DNA from: Clostridiales bacterium
GTDB taxonomy: Bacteria; Bacillota; Clostridia; Christensenellales; UBA1242
Assembly (NCBI GenBank): GCA_015055745.1
Contig: SVHS01000001.1
Location: forward strand, 139,085 to 203,084
Direction: 5' to 3'
DNA: 64,000 nt
Below, in pieces: positions 63,809 through 64,000 of the stretch (position 1 is the stretch's first letter; every line of letters begins with the position of its first letter). The notes under the pieces were generated by a model that was given only the letters and a program-made list of their open reading frames with translations, had not been told where the DNA came from and did not search any database. The position numbers were made by a program, and so were the translations under genes.

Positions 63809-64000
63809 ATGAATTTCGAAAAAGGAAAAGACGATAAGTCTTGCTGTGTAAGATTTAGTCACGAGATTTGTTGCTATCCTTCATACTACAATGAAGATGA
63901 CAAGTATGATAACAAGAAGGAAGAGCATTGTGACTGTCGTAGAAGAGACGACAAGAGAGATTGTAAAGATCATAGGGATTATGACTGTGACGAAAAAGAT
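63809..64000 (+). CDS. Cys-rich, highly charged small protein, 5' part (runs off window end)
   Basis: ATG 63809 follows AAGGAGA. My translation is MNFEKGKDDKSCCVRFSHEICCYPSYYNEDDKYDNKKEEHCDCRRRDDKRDCKDHRDYDCDEKD, open to the window edge. Not in the ORF track because no stop is reached. Confidence 0.5.
   Translation, partial: MNFEKGKDDKSCCVRFSHEICCYPSYYNEDDKYDNKKEEHCDCRRRDDKRDCKDHRDYDCDEKD

Overview
AT-rich (about one-third G+C by eye), standard-code chromosomal segment from a low-GC Bacillota-type anaerobe; I cannot place it more precisely without a database search. Most of the window is core housekeeping: alr (partial), ltaS-like, polA, argS, gap, eno-cmk, fba, rarA, recX-acpS, and a mreB-like/minD/minE/spoIVFB-like/rplU-prp-rpmA block syntenic with Bacillus. 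Sporulation-linked genes are also present (spmA/spmB, two receiver-less Spo0A C-terminal-domain proteins), as are two rubrerythrins. RNA genes are five tRNAs (Asn-GUU, Leu-UAA, Ser-UGA, Ala-UGC, Ile-GAU) and a long Bacillus-type SRP RNA, which the ORF track mis-reads as an 85-aa ORF. Two giant secreted proteins (about 1897 and 3275 aa) occupy roughly a quarter of the window. I found no transposase, integrase, cas gene, CRISPR array or rRNA. The items most worth a second look:
- a Rho paralogue with Walker A/B destroyed, next to a mazF toxin that has a non-canonical partner;
- a HEPN-like/CBS fusion translationally coupled to an RNA methyltransferase and an RluA-type pseudouridine synthase;
- adjacent Ppx/GppA-like and MreB-like proteins that have both lost canonical phosphate-binding loops;
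- a membrane-anchored protein with eight AT-hooks;
- a recurrent promoter-abuts-start-codon (leaderless) architecture at several genes and at tRNA-Ile;
- a small tRNA-Ser-flanked islet.
All functional calls rest on motif recognition by eye. No searches were run.
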